Below are positions 57,301-63,790 of a stretch of 64,000 nt of DNA, piece after piece (position 1 is the stretch's first letter; the number at the start of each line of letters is the position of its first letter). Origin of the DNA: Flavobacteriales bacterium. GTDB taxonomy: Bacteria > Bacteroidota > Bacteroidia > Flavobacteriales_F > PHOS-HE28. Below the pieces are notes generated by a model, which searched no databases, was not told where the DNA came from, and saw only the letters and a program-made list of their open reading frames with translations. Position numbers and translations under genes: made by a program. The stretch is taken from assembly GCA_016699575.1 (NCBI GenBank), contig CP064979.1:2707982-2771981 (forward strand). The letters are read 5' to 3'.

Positions 57301-59662
57301 TTGGGCCGACCCCAATGGCGACCCGTTCGTTGGCCTTTTCAACACCGGATCATCGTTGGTGGGTGCCTATACCTACACGGTCGTGGGCGTTGTTTGCCCA
57401 GGCGATCAATCGACCGTGACGATCAACGTGGTGCCCGATCCCGACGCCGGAGTGAACAACATGATCACGGTGTGCGCCACCGCTCCCGGGTTCACGATGC
57501 TCGATTCGTTGCTGGGCACCCCCGACAATACGGGCACATGGTTCGATGCGAACAGCGTAGCGGTGGCGCCGATGTTCGATCCTGCCTTCGACCCAGCAGG
57601 TGTTTATACCTACGTAGTTCCGGCACCTGCGACCTGTCCTGGTGCACCACCAACATCAACGCTCACCGTCGCTGTGGATCCCGTACCCGATGCCGGCCTC
57701 GATGCAGCCATCACCGTGTGCACCGGCGATGCGCCTTTCGCCCTCCTTGCACAGTTGGGCGGAAGCCCCGATGCCGGTGGAACGTGGACCGATCCCAACG
57801 GCGTTGCGTTCGGTCCAGTTTTCGACCCTGGAACGGATGCGCCAGGCAATTACACGTACACGGTCGGTGGCGGTGCATGTCCCCCGGACCAGAGCGTGGT
57901 CGCTATCACCGTGAACCCCGGTCCGGATGCGGGCCTCGACAACGCCATCGCCCTTTGCAGCAACGGCGCGCCCATCCAACTTACCGGCGCGCTGCTCGGA
58001 ACGCCGGACCTCAACGGTTCATGGACCGATCCCAACGGTGTTGCGTTCGGTGGAACGTTCGACCCCAGTGCTTCGCAACCGGGCGTGTACGCCTACACCG
58101 TGCCCGGCAACGCGGGCTGCCCCGATGATGTCGCTGAACTGACCATGGCCGTGAGCCCGGAAGCCGATGCGGGCACCAACGGTGTTGCGCAATTGTGCAG
58201 CAACGACGCGCCGGTGGACCTCTTCACCTTGCTAGTTGGTACACCGGATGCAGGTGGGGCATGGGTTGATCCCAACGGCATTGCCACCACCGCGGTCATG
58301 GACCCGAGCAATGCACTGAGCGGAGCCTACACGTACACGGTGACAGGCCTTCCGCCGTGCGCCAACGCCACCGCGAGCGTCTCTGTTACCATCACACCTG
58401 CGCCCGATGCGGGTGCTGATGCGATTGCGACCTACTGCAACACCTCGCCGCCAGTTCAGCTCTTCGGGTTGCTGGGTGGTGCACCGCAAACAGGGGGCGC
58501 CTGGACCGATCCGAACGGGAACCCGAGCGGTGGTGCTTTCGATCCAGCGAATGATACGCCCGGCGCCTATACCTATCGTGTGGTCGGACAGGGCAATTGT
58601 GTCGATGACGCATCAGTGGTGACGGTGAACGTGAGCATCGCCGCCGATGCTGGAAGCGACGGCAGCATCACCGTGTGCAGCAACGATGCCGCCTTCACGC
58701 TCTTCCCGCTGCTCGGTGGAAGTCCGGATGCAGGCGGCACTTGGACGGACCCGAACGGGACAGCGATGAACGGTACCGTGGATCCCTTCACTGCTGTCGG
58801 TGGCGACTACACCTATACCGTGAATTCACCAGTGCCGTGTGCGGCGCAGAGCGCGGTGGTGACCGTCACCATCATCCCCAACAACGCACCTGGGATCACC
58901 ATCGACATCGGGAATGGATGCGCGCCTGTGCTGGCCAGCATCACCAGCAGCTATACCGGGCCGGGCACGTGCGTGTGGGACCTCGGCAACGGCACCAGCG
59001 TCAACGAATGCGAGCCTGATTCCATCGAATACCTAGCGGGCACCTACGACCTTTCCGTGACGATCGATCCCGGGAACGGGTGCAACGGCACCTTCACGTA
59101 CACGGATGCAGTGGTGGTGGTTGATCCGCCCACCGCATCCTTCTACGCACTGCCCGATACGCAGGTGAGCATTGCCAACACCGAGGTCTTCTTCGCCAAT
59201 ACCAGCTCCGGCGCCAACGCATGGCTGTGGCAGTTCGACAGTCTGGACGAAAGCACCACGGAGAACCCACTGTACGTGTTCCCCAACGAAGAGCCCGGCG
59301 AGTACGAGGTCTGTCTGGTCGCATACGCATCAGCAACATGCGCCGACACAGCCTGCCATACCATCATCGTTGTGGGCAGCGGCGTGTGGGTGCCGAACAG
59401 CTTCACACCCGATGGTGACGGCCACAACGACTTCTTTTTCCCGGTCCTGGGAAACCCATCACCGGAAGAATACCGCTTCGCGATCTTTGATCGTTGGGGC
59501 CAGCCGCTCTTCGACACCACCGACCCTGCGCAAGGCTGGGACGGCAGTTTCGTTGATGGCCAGCAGACACCGCTCGGTGTCTACATCTGGAAACTCTGGA
59601 TGCGCGAACCCTTCACCAGTGATAGGGTGGAGCGCACTGGGCATGTGACGTTGGTGAGGTGA
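48353..59662 (+). CDS. giant (3769-aa) SprB-like cell-surface adhesin: signal peptide, ~350-aa Cys-rich N-terminal domain, 39 tandem ~80-aa Ig-like (HYR/SprB-type, family unverified) repeats, two PKD-like domains, T9SS type-B (gliding-motility-associated) C-terminal domain
   Basis: Single uninterrupted ORF. Repeat consensus N(A)GTNG.LTVC.......LF..LGG.P(D/Q)AGGTWT.P.G.AHSG.YDP..D..G.YTYTV.G..PC.....TVTVTE. C-terminus VPNSFTPDGDGHNDFFFPV...FAIFDRWGQPLFDT......WDGSF.....P.GVYIWKL matches TIGR04131-type CTD. Confidence 0.9.
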   Translation: MAFPSMPAFRSVLLAALLGCASGLRAGHFAGGNITYECLGGTSYEVTLDLFLDCSGAAMIPQDLNFQSDCGVSFSLNSLPAPVPTEVSQLCAAEIPNSTCNGGALPGIEHYQFTVVVNLAACNDWTISWDLCCRAGTNNLMGVPGMYVSANLDNATAPCNNSPVFTDYSIPYVCVGQPASYNYGITEPDGDSITYALISALQNVGVPVPYQGGFTGAVPIPGVALDTQTGQLTFTPPNIGNYVVAVLVNEYDANGVLIGQVMRDQMFIAIACTGSTPTTTGISGVTGPAGTYLVTSSNSIEICDGANVCVDVEFTDVDPATTIQVVSQAATLLPGSTFTITGTNPAVATICWTANINNSPVNVLIQADDGACPIENTVSTSINFVVTQPQAGAFDPGTNGSITVCENVAPFPLFGELGGTPDAGGTWTAPGGAAHSGTYDPSVDVPGVYTYTVGNACGGASATVTVTENPLPNAGTNGNLQVCDNAGPVALFSGLGGAPLVGGTWTAPGGAAHGPNYDPASDVPGVYTYTVNGVAPCVTASATVAVTEVAPPNAGTNGFWTLCGQTGTVNMFLALGGAPQAGGTWTAPGGVAHGAIYDPVVDNPGVYTYTVPGTAPCAASSATVTVTENPAANAGSNGAITICSTSAPFVLFAQLGGTPDAGGTWTGPGGAAHGPNYNPAVDGSGVYTYTVAGIAPCLNSVATVTVTENAAPNAGTNNAITVCSNGAPVSLLGSLLGGPSAGGTWTDPGGVAHGALYDPLVDAPGVYTYTILGNAPCANASATITVTETTAPNAGTNGVLTVCANSAATGLFASLGGAPQAGGTWTAPGGAGHSGTYDPAVDAPGAFTYTVAGAPPCANATATVTVTENAPPNAGTNGALTVCANSAATGLFASLGGAPQAGGTWTAPGGAAHSGTYDPAVDAPGAYTYTVAGPAPCANATATVTVTENAPPNAGTNGALTVCVNSAATGLFASLGGSPQAGGTWTAPGGAAHSGTYDPAVDAPGAFTYTVAGAPPCANATATVTVTENAPPNAGTNGALTVCANSAATGLFASLGGAPQAGGTWTAPGGAAHSGTYDPAVDAPGAYTYTVAGPAPCANATATVTVTENAPPNAGTNGALTVCVNSAATGLFASLGGSPQAGGTWTAPGGAAHSGTYDPAVDAPGAYTYTVAGPAPCANATATVTVTENAPPNAGTNGALTVCANSAATGLFASLGGSPQAGGTWTAPGGAAHSGTYDPAVDAPGAYTYTVAGTAPCANATATVTVTENAPPNAGTNGVLTLCANSAASALFASLGGAPQAGGTWTAPGGAAHSGTYDPAVDGAGAYTYTVAGTPPCANATATVTVTENAPPNAGTNGVLTVCVNGVATGLLTSLGGAPQAGGTWTAPGGAAHSGTYDPAVDGPGVYTYTVVGAVPCADAVATVLVTENAAPDAGIDGALVVCSNGPMVGLIASLGGAPQGGGVWTAPGGLAHSGNYDPTVDGPGVYTYSVWGTAPCAVATASVTVTENVPPSAGTNGGLSICSNGAPTGLFFWLAGAPQAGGTWTAPGGAAHSGTYDPAVDMQGAYTYTVLGSAPCADASATVTVTENAAPDAGADAVLTICSSDGPLALFTLLGGAPQPGGSWTGPGGTAHSGTYDPAVDATGAYMYTVVGLPPCANATATVTVTEVAAVDAGANGALSVCASTPAVALISSLGGAPGAGGSWTAPGGAAHSGVFDPAVDVAGNYTYTLLGTAPCPDAAAVVAVTIAPAPDAGGSAGSLACSDGPAMDLFLGLTGAPDAGGTWTAPGGLAHSGLYDPLVDAPGVYTYTVPGTPPCANASAGVTMMEVAPANAGIDAAFAACATGGATNLFPLLGGAQPGGTWTAPGGGAHNGFFDPAVDLAGAYAYTVLGNAPCPDDVAVITVVITATPDAGTNGTLTLCEDMAPTSLFAALGGGPDAGGTWTDPNGNVHGPTVDPTVDPSGVYTYTIAAVPPCLGDVSTVTVSINALPDPGTNGSLTVCDQGAPQPLFAALGGSPDAGGTWTDPNGNAHSGSIDPSIDPAGNYTYTVNGTAPCGSASAIVSVTITGSPTAGTDGAWTLCEDMAPTSLFAALGGGPDAGGTWTDPNGNVHGPTVDPTVDPSGVYTYTIAAVPPCLGDVSTVTVSINALPDPGTNGSLTVCDQGAPQSLFAALGGSPDAGGTWTDPNGNAHSGSIDPSVDPAGNYTYTVNGTAPCGSASAIVAVSITGSPTAGTDGAWTLCEDMAPTSLFAALGGGPDAGGTWTDPNGNAHSGTIDPATDPAGIYTYTIAAVPPCLGDVSTVTVTINALPDPGTNGALTVCDQGAPQSLFAALGGSADVGGTWTDPNGNAHSGSIDPSIDPAGNYTYTVNGTAPCGSASTVVAVTITGSPDAGTDGAWTLCEDMAPTSLFAALGGGPDAGGTWTDPNGNAHSGTVDPANDPAGVYTYTIAAVPPCLGDVSTVTVTINALPDPGTNGALTVCDQGAPQTLFAALGGSPDAGGTWTDPNGNAHSGSIDPSIDPAGNYTYTVNGTAPCGNASSVVAVTISGSPNAGTNGAWTLCESFAPTSLFAALGGGPDAGGTWTDPNGNAHGPTVDPTVDPSGVYTYTIAGVPPCPGDVSTVTVTINPSPDAGLDGALTVCDQGASQSLFPALGGSPDAGGTWTDPNGNAHSGSIDPSVDPAGNYTYTVNGTAPCGSASSVVAVTITGSPTAGTDGAWTLCEDMAPTSLFAALGGGPDAGGTWTDPNGNAHGPTVDPTVDPSGVYTYTIAGVPPCPGDVSTVTVTINPSPDAGLDGALTVCDQGASQLLFPALGGSPDAGGTWTDPNGNAHSGSIDPSIDPAGNYTYTVNGIVPCGSASAIVAVTITGSPNAGIMGVLTVCENAAITDLFLSLGGTPDAGGAWTDPNGNMHSGQFDPANDPQGGYIYTISAVPPCLGASAGVNVSVEALPDAGTDASNTFCESWGAVNLFNELGGAPTGGGTWADPNGDPFVGLFNTGSSLVGAYTYTVVGVVCPGDQSTVTINVVPDPDAGVNNMITVCATAPGFTMLDSLLGTPDNTGTWFDANSVAVAPMFDPAFDPAGVYTYVVPAPATCPGAPPTSTLTVAVDPVPDAGLDAAITVCTGDAPFALLAQLGGSPDAGGTWTDPNGVAFGPVFDPGTDAPGNYTYTVGGGACPPDQSVVAITVNPGPDAGLDNAIALCSNGAPIQLTGALLGTPDLNGSWTDPNGVAFGGTFDPSASQPGVYAYTVPGNAGCPDDVAELTMAVSPEADAGTNGVAQLCSNDAPVDLFTLLVGTPDAGGAWVDPNGIATTAVMDPSNALSGAYTYTVTGLPPCANATASVSVTITPAPDAGADAIATYCNTSPPVQLFGLLGGAPQTGGAWTDPNGNPSGGAFDPANDTPGAYTYRVVGQGNCVDDASVVTVNVSIAADAGSDGSITVCSNDAAFTLFPLLGGSPDAGGTWTDPNGTAMNGTVDPFTAVGGDYTYTVNSPVPCAAQSAVVTVTIIPNNAPGITIDIGNGCAPVLASITSSYTGPGTCVWDLGNGTSVNECEPDSIEYLAGTYDLSVTIDPGNGCNGTFTYTDAVVVVDPPTASFYALPDTQVSIANTEVFFANTSSGANAWLWQFDSLDESTTENPLYVFPNEEPGEYEVCLVAYASATCADTACHTIIVVGSGVWVPNSFTPDGDGHNDFFFPVLGNPSPEEYRFAIFDRWGQPLFDTTDPAQGWDGSFVDGQQTPLGVYIWKLWMREPFTSDRVERTGHVTLVR
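49500..58880 (+). repeat. coding tandem-repeat array, 39 x 240 bp, with higher-order 480-bp units that are >=99% identical at DNA level in two blocks (50.70-52.42 kb and 54.06-56.95 kb)
   Basis: Direct comparison: 50941-51180 vs 51421-51660 differ at 2 of 240 nt; 54110-54350 vs 54590-54830 are near-identical. Confidence 0.85.
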
Positions 59663-59672
59663 TGGGCTTCCC

Positions 59673-60593
59673 ATGGACCTGACGCGGTTCATAACAACAG
59701 TGGCTCTTGTCGGCGGGGTACTTGTCGCGCATTCGCAACCCTGCAGTGCTGGCGACCTGAAGAAGTTGGAGCGTCGGATGGACAAGAGCGATGTGGCATG
59801 TGGCGCGCATATAGCGTACGCCATAGCGCAGTGCTACAGGGACGTGAACGATTCGCTCTGGAAGCACTGGTTGGGCGAGGCCATTCGTCTGCGCAAGGCT
59901 TGTATGCAGTGCTTGAACATGGCCGACCGCATTGATCAGATCAGCAGCATCGCGAAGTGGTACCTGGAATTGGGGGACGAGACGAACTCCGAACTATGGG
60001 CGGAGAAGTGGACCAAGGTGGAATGCGAAAGCAACGAGCCGCATTACCATTTGGCCAAAGTGTACCTCCATCAAAACAAGCGGAAGGAAGCCCTTGCGGG
60101 ATTCCGGGTTGCCCAGAAGAAGGGCGGAAAGCAGGAAGACTTGTCCAGGCACATCGCTCACCTCGATTCGTTGTTCAACTACCCCGTTACCGTACGGCTC
60201 CTACAAGATGTTGAGTTGACCGGGCGAGTGGTGGATCTCGACTCCACGCAGCATTCCATCCAGCGTTGCAGATCTGAGCACGGTTGGGATTTCATCTGCA
60301 CCATCGATGGGCGGCCCTTCTTCGGCATGGACACTGGGAATGAGCCTCCGCGGAACGAGTTCGTATTCCTCTACCTGACCCTTGCTGGCCAGCGCATCGA
60401 CCTCGACGTGTCCGGCATGTTCAACCCGTGTTGGGATGGCGTTATCGATCAGGGTATGTTCGATTGGCAATTTATCGAGAGCGGCTATCTGCTCCGTGGT
60501 TACTTCAGCGACGGTGCCGGTTCCTACATCGCGGAGTGGACCATTATCGGTGGGTCGTCCATGCGTACGCGGATCGAGCGGTTCAGTCCATAA
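59673..60593 (+). CDS. hypothetical Cys-containing secreted protein encoded 11 nt downstream of the giant adhesin
   Basis: 306 aa, N-terminal hydrophobic segment (FITTVALVGGVLVAHS), 12 Cys, no beta-barrel-like C-terminus. Not PorP/SprF-like. Confidence 0.55.
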   Translation: MDLTRFITTVALVGGVLVAHSQPCSAGDLKKLERRMDKSDVACGAHIAYAIAQCYRDVNDSLWKHWLGEAIRLRKACMQCLNMADRIDQISSIAKWYLELGDETNSELWAEKWTKVECESNEPHYHLAKVYLHQNKRKEALAGFRVAQKKGGKQEDLSRHIAHLDSLFNYPVTVRLLQDVELTGRVVDLDSTQHSIQRCRSEHGWDFICTIDGRPFFGMDTGNEPPRNEFVFLYLTLAGQRIDLDVSGMFNPCWDGVIDQGMFDWQFIESGYLLRGYFSDGAGSYIAEWTIIGGSSMRTRIERFSP

Positions 60594-60620
60594 CACGGAA
60601 CAATGGGTGTGTGAACTCAT

Positions 60621-61403
60621 GTGAACCGGACGCACTTACAAGCAGCGCGCCCCGGCCCCCCTCTATCTTCGGCCGCCTTCCCGCAGCCCGTGCCCGAACG
60701 CCTCGTCATCATCCCCACCTACGATGAGAAAGAGAACATCGAGGACGTGCTCACGCGCGTTTTCGGGCTGCAACCGGAGTTCCAGGTGCTGGTGGTGGAC
60801 GACGGAAGTCCGGACGGTACTGCGGACATCGTGAAAGACCTTATGGCCCGCTGGCCTGGGCGCCTGCACCTGATGGAGCGCAAGGGCAAGCTCGGGTTGG
60901 GCACCGCCTACATCGCAGGTTTCAAGTGGGCACTGGAGCGCAACTATGCGTTCATCTTCGAGATGGACGCGGATATGAGCCACAACCCCGACGACCTAAT
61001 CCGACTGTACAACGCTTGCGCTCAGGAGGGCGTGGGTATGAGCGTTGGCAGTCGTTATGTGCGCGGCGGCAGCGTGCGCGACTGGGCGTGGCACCGCGTG
61101 GCCATCAGCTGGTGCGCGTCGCTGTACGTGCGTACGGTTTTGTGGCTGGGCGTCATGGACACCACCGCCGGTTTCGTTTGCTACCGGCACGGCACCTTGG
61201 CCCAGCTCGATCTCGATGCCATCAAGTTCATCGGCTACGCGTTCCAGATCGAGATGAAGTACCGCGTGAAGCGCAAGGGACTGCGTATCGTGGAGGTGCC
61301 CATCACTTTCGTGGATCGTGTTAAGGGCCGCAGCAAGATGAGCCTCAACATCTTCAACGAAGCCTTCATCGGCGTGCTGAAGATGCGTGCGACGGTGAAG
61401 TAG
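60621..61403 (+). CDS. GT2-family polyprenol-phosphate mannosyl/glycosyltransferase (Dpm1-like)
   Basis: IIPTYDEKENI, VVDDGSPDGT, the Dpm1-type D.D motif (EMDADMSHNP), VCYRH. Start may be an alternative codon near VPERLVIIP. Confidence 0.85.
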   Translation: MNRTHLQAARPGPPLSSAAFPQPVPERLVIIPTYDEKENIEDVLTRVFGLQPEFQVLVVDDGSPDGTADIVKDLMARWPGRLHLMERKGKLGLGTAYIAGFKWALERNYAFIFEMDADMSHNPDDLIRLYNACAQEGVGMSVGSRYVRGGSVRDWAWHRVAISWCASLYVRTVLWLGVMDTTAGFVCYRHGTLAQLDLDAIKFIGYAFQIEMKYRVKRKGLRIVEVPITFVDRVKGRSKMSLNIFNEAFIGVLKMRATVK

Positions 61404-61446
61404 GGAGGGTGCTCGAACGAGGCCCAGGCGGTTCCCGGTCCATGGA

Positions 61447-62454
61447 TTACCGGACCAGGGCGACGCTCTGGGTCCTGGTCGAGGGTCCATTGGCCAAGAC
61501 CACAGTGTAAGCGCCACCGGGCAGTGCGCTCAGGTCAAGGGTGCCTTGCGGCCGCACCAGTTCGTTCACCACTACACGGCCAGCGGCATCCATTACACTG
61601 CACACGGCAGGGCCGGATGCGAGCAGGCCAAAATGCCCCGGAGTGCTGATGGGAACAAGTGCAAGCTGCTCCGGTGCAGGCGGCACATCCGCCGAGGTCG
61701 TGCCGTTCAAACAGAACTTCATATCGCGTTGAACACGGCCCACCAAGGTGCCGTTCCTGTATTCGTTCACGTTGATCAGGATGACATAGGCGCCGATGAT
61801 GAACGGGTCCTGGAACTGGAACAGTCCGGAGCTCAGGTCCACCCAGCTCGTGTCGCCGGGCGGGCTCAGTTCATGGGGCATGTCGTAGCCGAGCATCACG
61901 TTGCAGAAGTTCCCTGACGGGGTCCCCAATGTGATGGCCAAGCTGTCACCATCGGCGTCAACAGGCGTGGTCTCATGGATCAGTGTGTTGCCGTTGAAGT
62001 ACACATAGGTCTGCGGTGAGGTGAGCCGCACGGAACTATTGTAAGTGAAGGGGCTGCTGGCGTTGATGATGCCACGGACGCAGATGCTCTGGTTGGTGGG
62101 GAAGGGGATGTTGATCACGTCGGCGCTCCGCACGGAAAGCTCAATGCCGATGGGGTATTGCCCTGCAGCGGCATAGGTGTGCTGCCCGGTATAGATCAAG
62201 CGGTAAGAACAACAGAACGACGGTAGCGTGTCGATCTGTGCAAGCGTCATCGGCGCAGTGTTGCCATCGCCCATTTCCAGGTTGTAGGTCGAGGGATTGA
62301 TCGTACTACTGGCGTAGATGTGCAGCTCGAGGTTGTACATCAAGGCAGTCATATGGTCATGGTAGATCTCGGCGCCGCACAAATGGGAGGCTGATGCGGA
62401 CGCACTGAAAAGGGACGATGTGGCCAGCGCGGCAACGACAGGAAGAGTGCGCAT
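61447..62454 (-). CDS. secreted protein combining the giant adhesin's N-terminal Cys-rich domain with a T9SS type-A C-terminal sorting domain
   Basis: Signal peptide MRTLPVVAALATSSLFSASASA. HLCGAEIYHDH..LELHIY // DADGDSLAITL // YVILINVNEYRNGTLVGRVQRDMKFCL align with HFAGGNITYEC..VTLDLF // EPDGDSITYAL // YVVAVLVNEYDANGVLIGQVMRDQMFIAIAC of the giant protein. C-terminal ...GAYTVVLANGPSTRTQSVALVR is Por_Secre_tail-like. Confidence 0.75.
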   Translation of the reverse strand: MRTLPVVAALATSSLFSASASASHLCGAEIYHDHMTALMYNLELHIYASSTINPSTYNLEMGDGNTAPMTLAQIDTLPSFCCSYRLIYTGQHTYAAAGQYPIGIELSVRSADVINIPFPTNQSICVRGIINASSPFTYNSSVRLTSPQTYVYFNGNTLIHETTPVDADGDSLAITLGTPSGNFCNVMLGYDMPHELSPPGDTSWVDLSSGLFQFQDPFIIGAYVILINVNEYRNGTLVGRVQRDMKFCLNGTTSADVPPAPEQLALVPISTPGHFGLLASGPAVCSVMDAAGRVVVNELVRPQGTLDLSALPGGAYTVVLANGPSTRTQSVALVR

Positions 62455-62513
62455 GGAGGGTTGGTGTTGGGGCCCACGGTTGACGTTCCTGCGCATCCAA
62501 GCGTTGCACAGGC

Positions 62514-63782
62514 TTACAAACGATCGCCGATGGTCGCGGCGATGGTGCGCGTGGCGCCGGCCTTTTCTTGCACGTAGTTGCGTGCCGCTTGCGAGGCGTT
62601 TGCGAGTGCTGCCGCATCGCCGAAGAGCGTTTCGAGCGGCGCCGCCAAAGTGCCCGCGTCGCGTACCTCGTGCGCTGCGCCTGCCGCTATCAAGCCTGCT
62701 GCTTCCGTGAACTTCACGTGCTTCGGCCCGAAGAGCACCGGCTTGCCCCACGCGGCGGCCTCGAGCACGCTGTGGATCCCATCGCCGAAGCCGCCGCCGA
62801 CGTACGCCACATCGGCGTACTTGTACAACCGGGCGAGCAGTCCCATGCGGTCCACCAGCAACGTGCCCTGTGCTTCGTGGCCCAAGGTGGCAGCAATGTT
62901 CTCCGGCGAGGATCCTTCAAGCTCGCTCCAACGCACCAGCGGTTTCGGGAAGCGCGCCTCGATGCGTTGCAGTTGTTCGGGCTTCAATTCGTGCGGCACC
63001 ACCATCAGTTTGTACTGGCTGGCGCTCGGCTCTTTGCCGAGTGCTTCCAGCAACAGATCCTCATCGGCAGGCCATGTGCTTCCGCAGACCAGCACGCGGT
63101 GTGAGCCCCGGAATGCCGCAGCGATGGGCAGTGCTTCATCCGATTCCACGATGCGCAGCACGCGGTCGGGCCTTGTGTCGCCAACGGTCTCAGCGTTCGT
63201 GATGCCGATCTCAGCGAGCAAGCGGCGCGAGGCCTCGTCCTGGGTGAAGATGCGGGTGTAGCATCGGAGCATGCTGCGCCATGCAGCGCCGTACCAGCGG
63301 AAGAACAGCTGTCCGGGGCGGAACAAGGCGCTGATCAGGAACACCGGTGTGCCCGCCGCCTTCAATGCGTGCAGGTGGTGGTACCAGAATTCGTACTTCA
63401 CGAACACCGTCACGCGTGGATGCACCAACTCCACCAACCGCGATGCATTGGCAGCGCTGTCCGGTGGCAGGTATTCGACGTGCGTGGCGAGCGGGTGCTC
63501 TTTTCGCGCTTCATAGCCGCTGGGCGAGAAGAACGTAATGAGCACCGGCAGTCCGGGCTGCTTGCGCTTCAGTTCCTCCACTACTGGGAGTCCTTGCTCG
63601 AACTCGCCTACGCTGGCGCAGTGCATCCACACGCATCCCTGCAGCACATCCGCCTTTGACTGTAGCCGCTGCCAAGTGCCGCGCCGCCCTTCCACCCACG
63701 CCTTGGCCTTCGGGTTGAACGGTGCCGCCGCCCGGATGCCCCAATGGTAGAGGCCCGTGGCGATGGTGTACAGCAACGGCAT
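62514..63782 (-). CDS. waaA: 3-deoxy-D-manno-octulosonic acid (Kdo) transferase
   Basis: 422 aa: N-terminal WMHCASVGEF, GT30/GT-B fold C-terminal EAAAWGKPVLFGP motif. Confidence 0.9.
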   Translation of the reverse strand: MPLLYTIATGLYHWGIRAAAPFNPKAKAWVEGRRGTWQRLQSKADVLQGCVWMHCASVGEFEQGLPVVEELKRKQPGLPVLITFFSPSGYEARKEHPLATHVEYLPPDSAANASRLVELVHPRVTVFVKYEFWYHHLHALKAAGTPVFLISALFRPGQLFFRWYGAAWRSMLRCYTRIFTQDEASRRLLAEIGITNAETVGDTRPDRVLRIVESDEALPIAAAFRGSHRVLVCGSTWPADEDLLLEALGKEPSASQYKLMVVPHELKPEQLQRIEARFPKPLVRWSELEGSSPENIAATLGHEAQGTLLVDRMGLLARLYKYADVAYVGGGFGDGIHSVLEAAAWGKPVLFGPKHVKFTEAAGLIAAGAAHEVRDAGTLAAPLETLFGDAAALANASQAARNYVQEKAGATRTIAATIGDRL

Positions 63783-63790
63783 GGGCCGGC

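Noticed and set aside
48401-58791. Dozens of 60-420-aa ORFs on both strands inside the giant adhesin gene (e.g. 52232..53491 -, 57244..58128 +, 54824..55888 -)
   Set aside because: Off-frame or antisense readings of the GC-rich repeat array; Arg/Cys/His-rich. The single long + frame carries coherent domain repeats and a CTD.
49500-58880. Possible CRISPR array (regular ~240-bp periodicity)
   Set aside because: The repeats are contiguous and coding, with no unique spacers, the period is far longer than CRISPR repeats, and no cas genes are present.
59673-60593. PorP/SprF-family gene downstream of the type-B cargo
   Set aside because: Expected from T9SS genetics, but the encoded protein lacks the PorP/SprF N-terminal signature and beta-barrel periodicity. 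Recorded as a finding instead.
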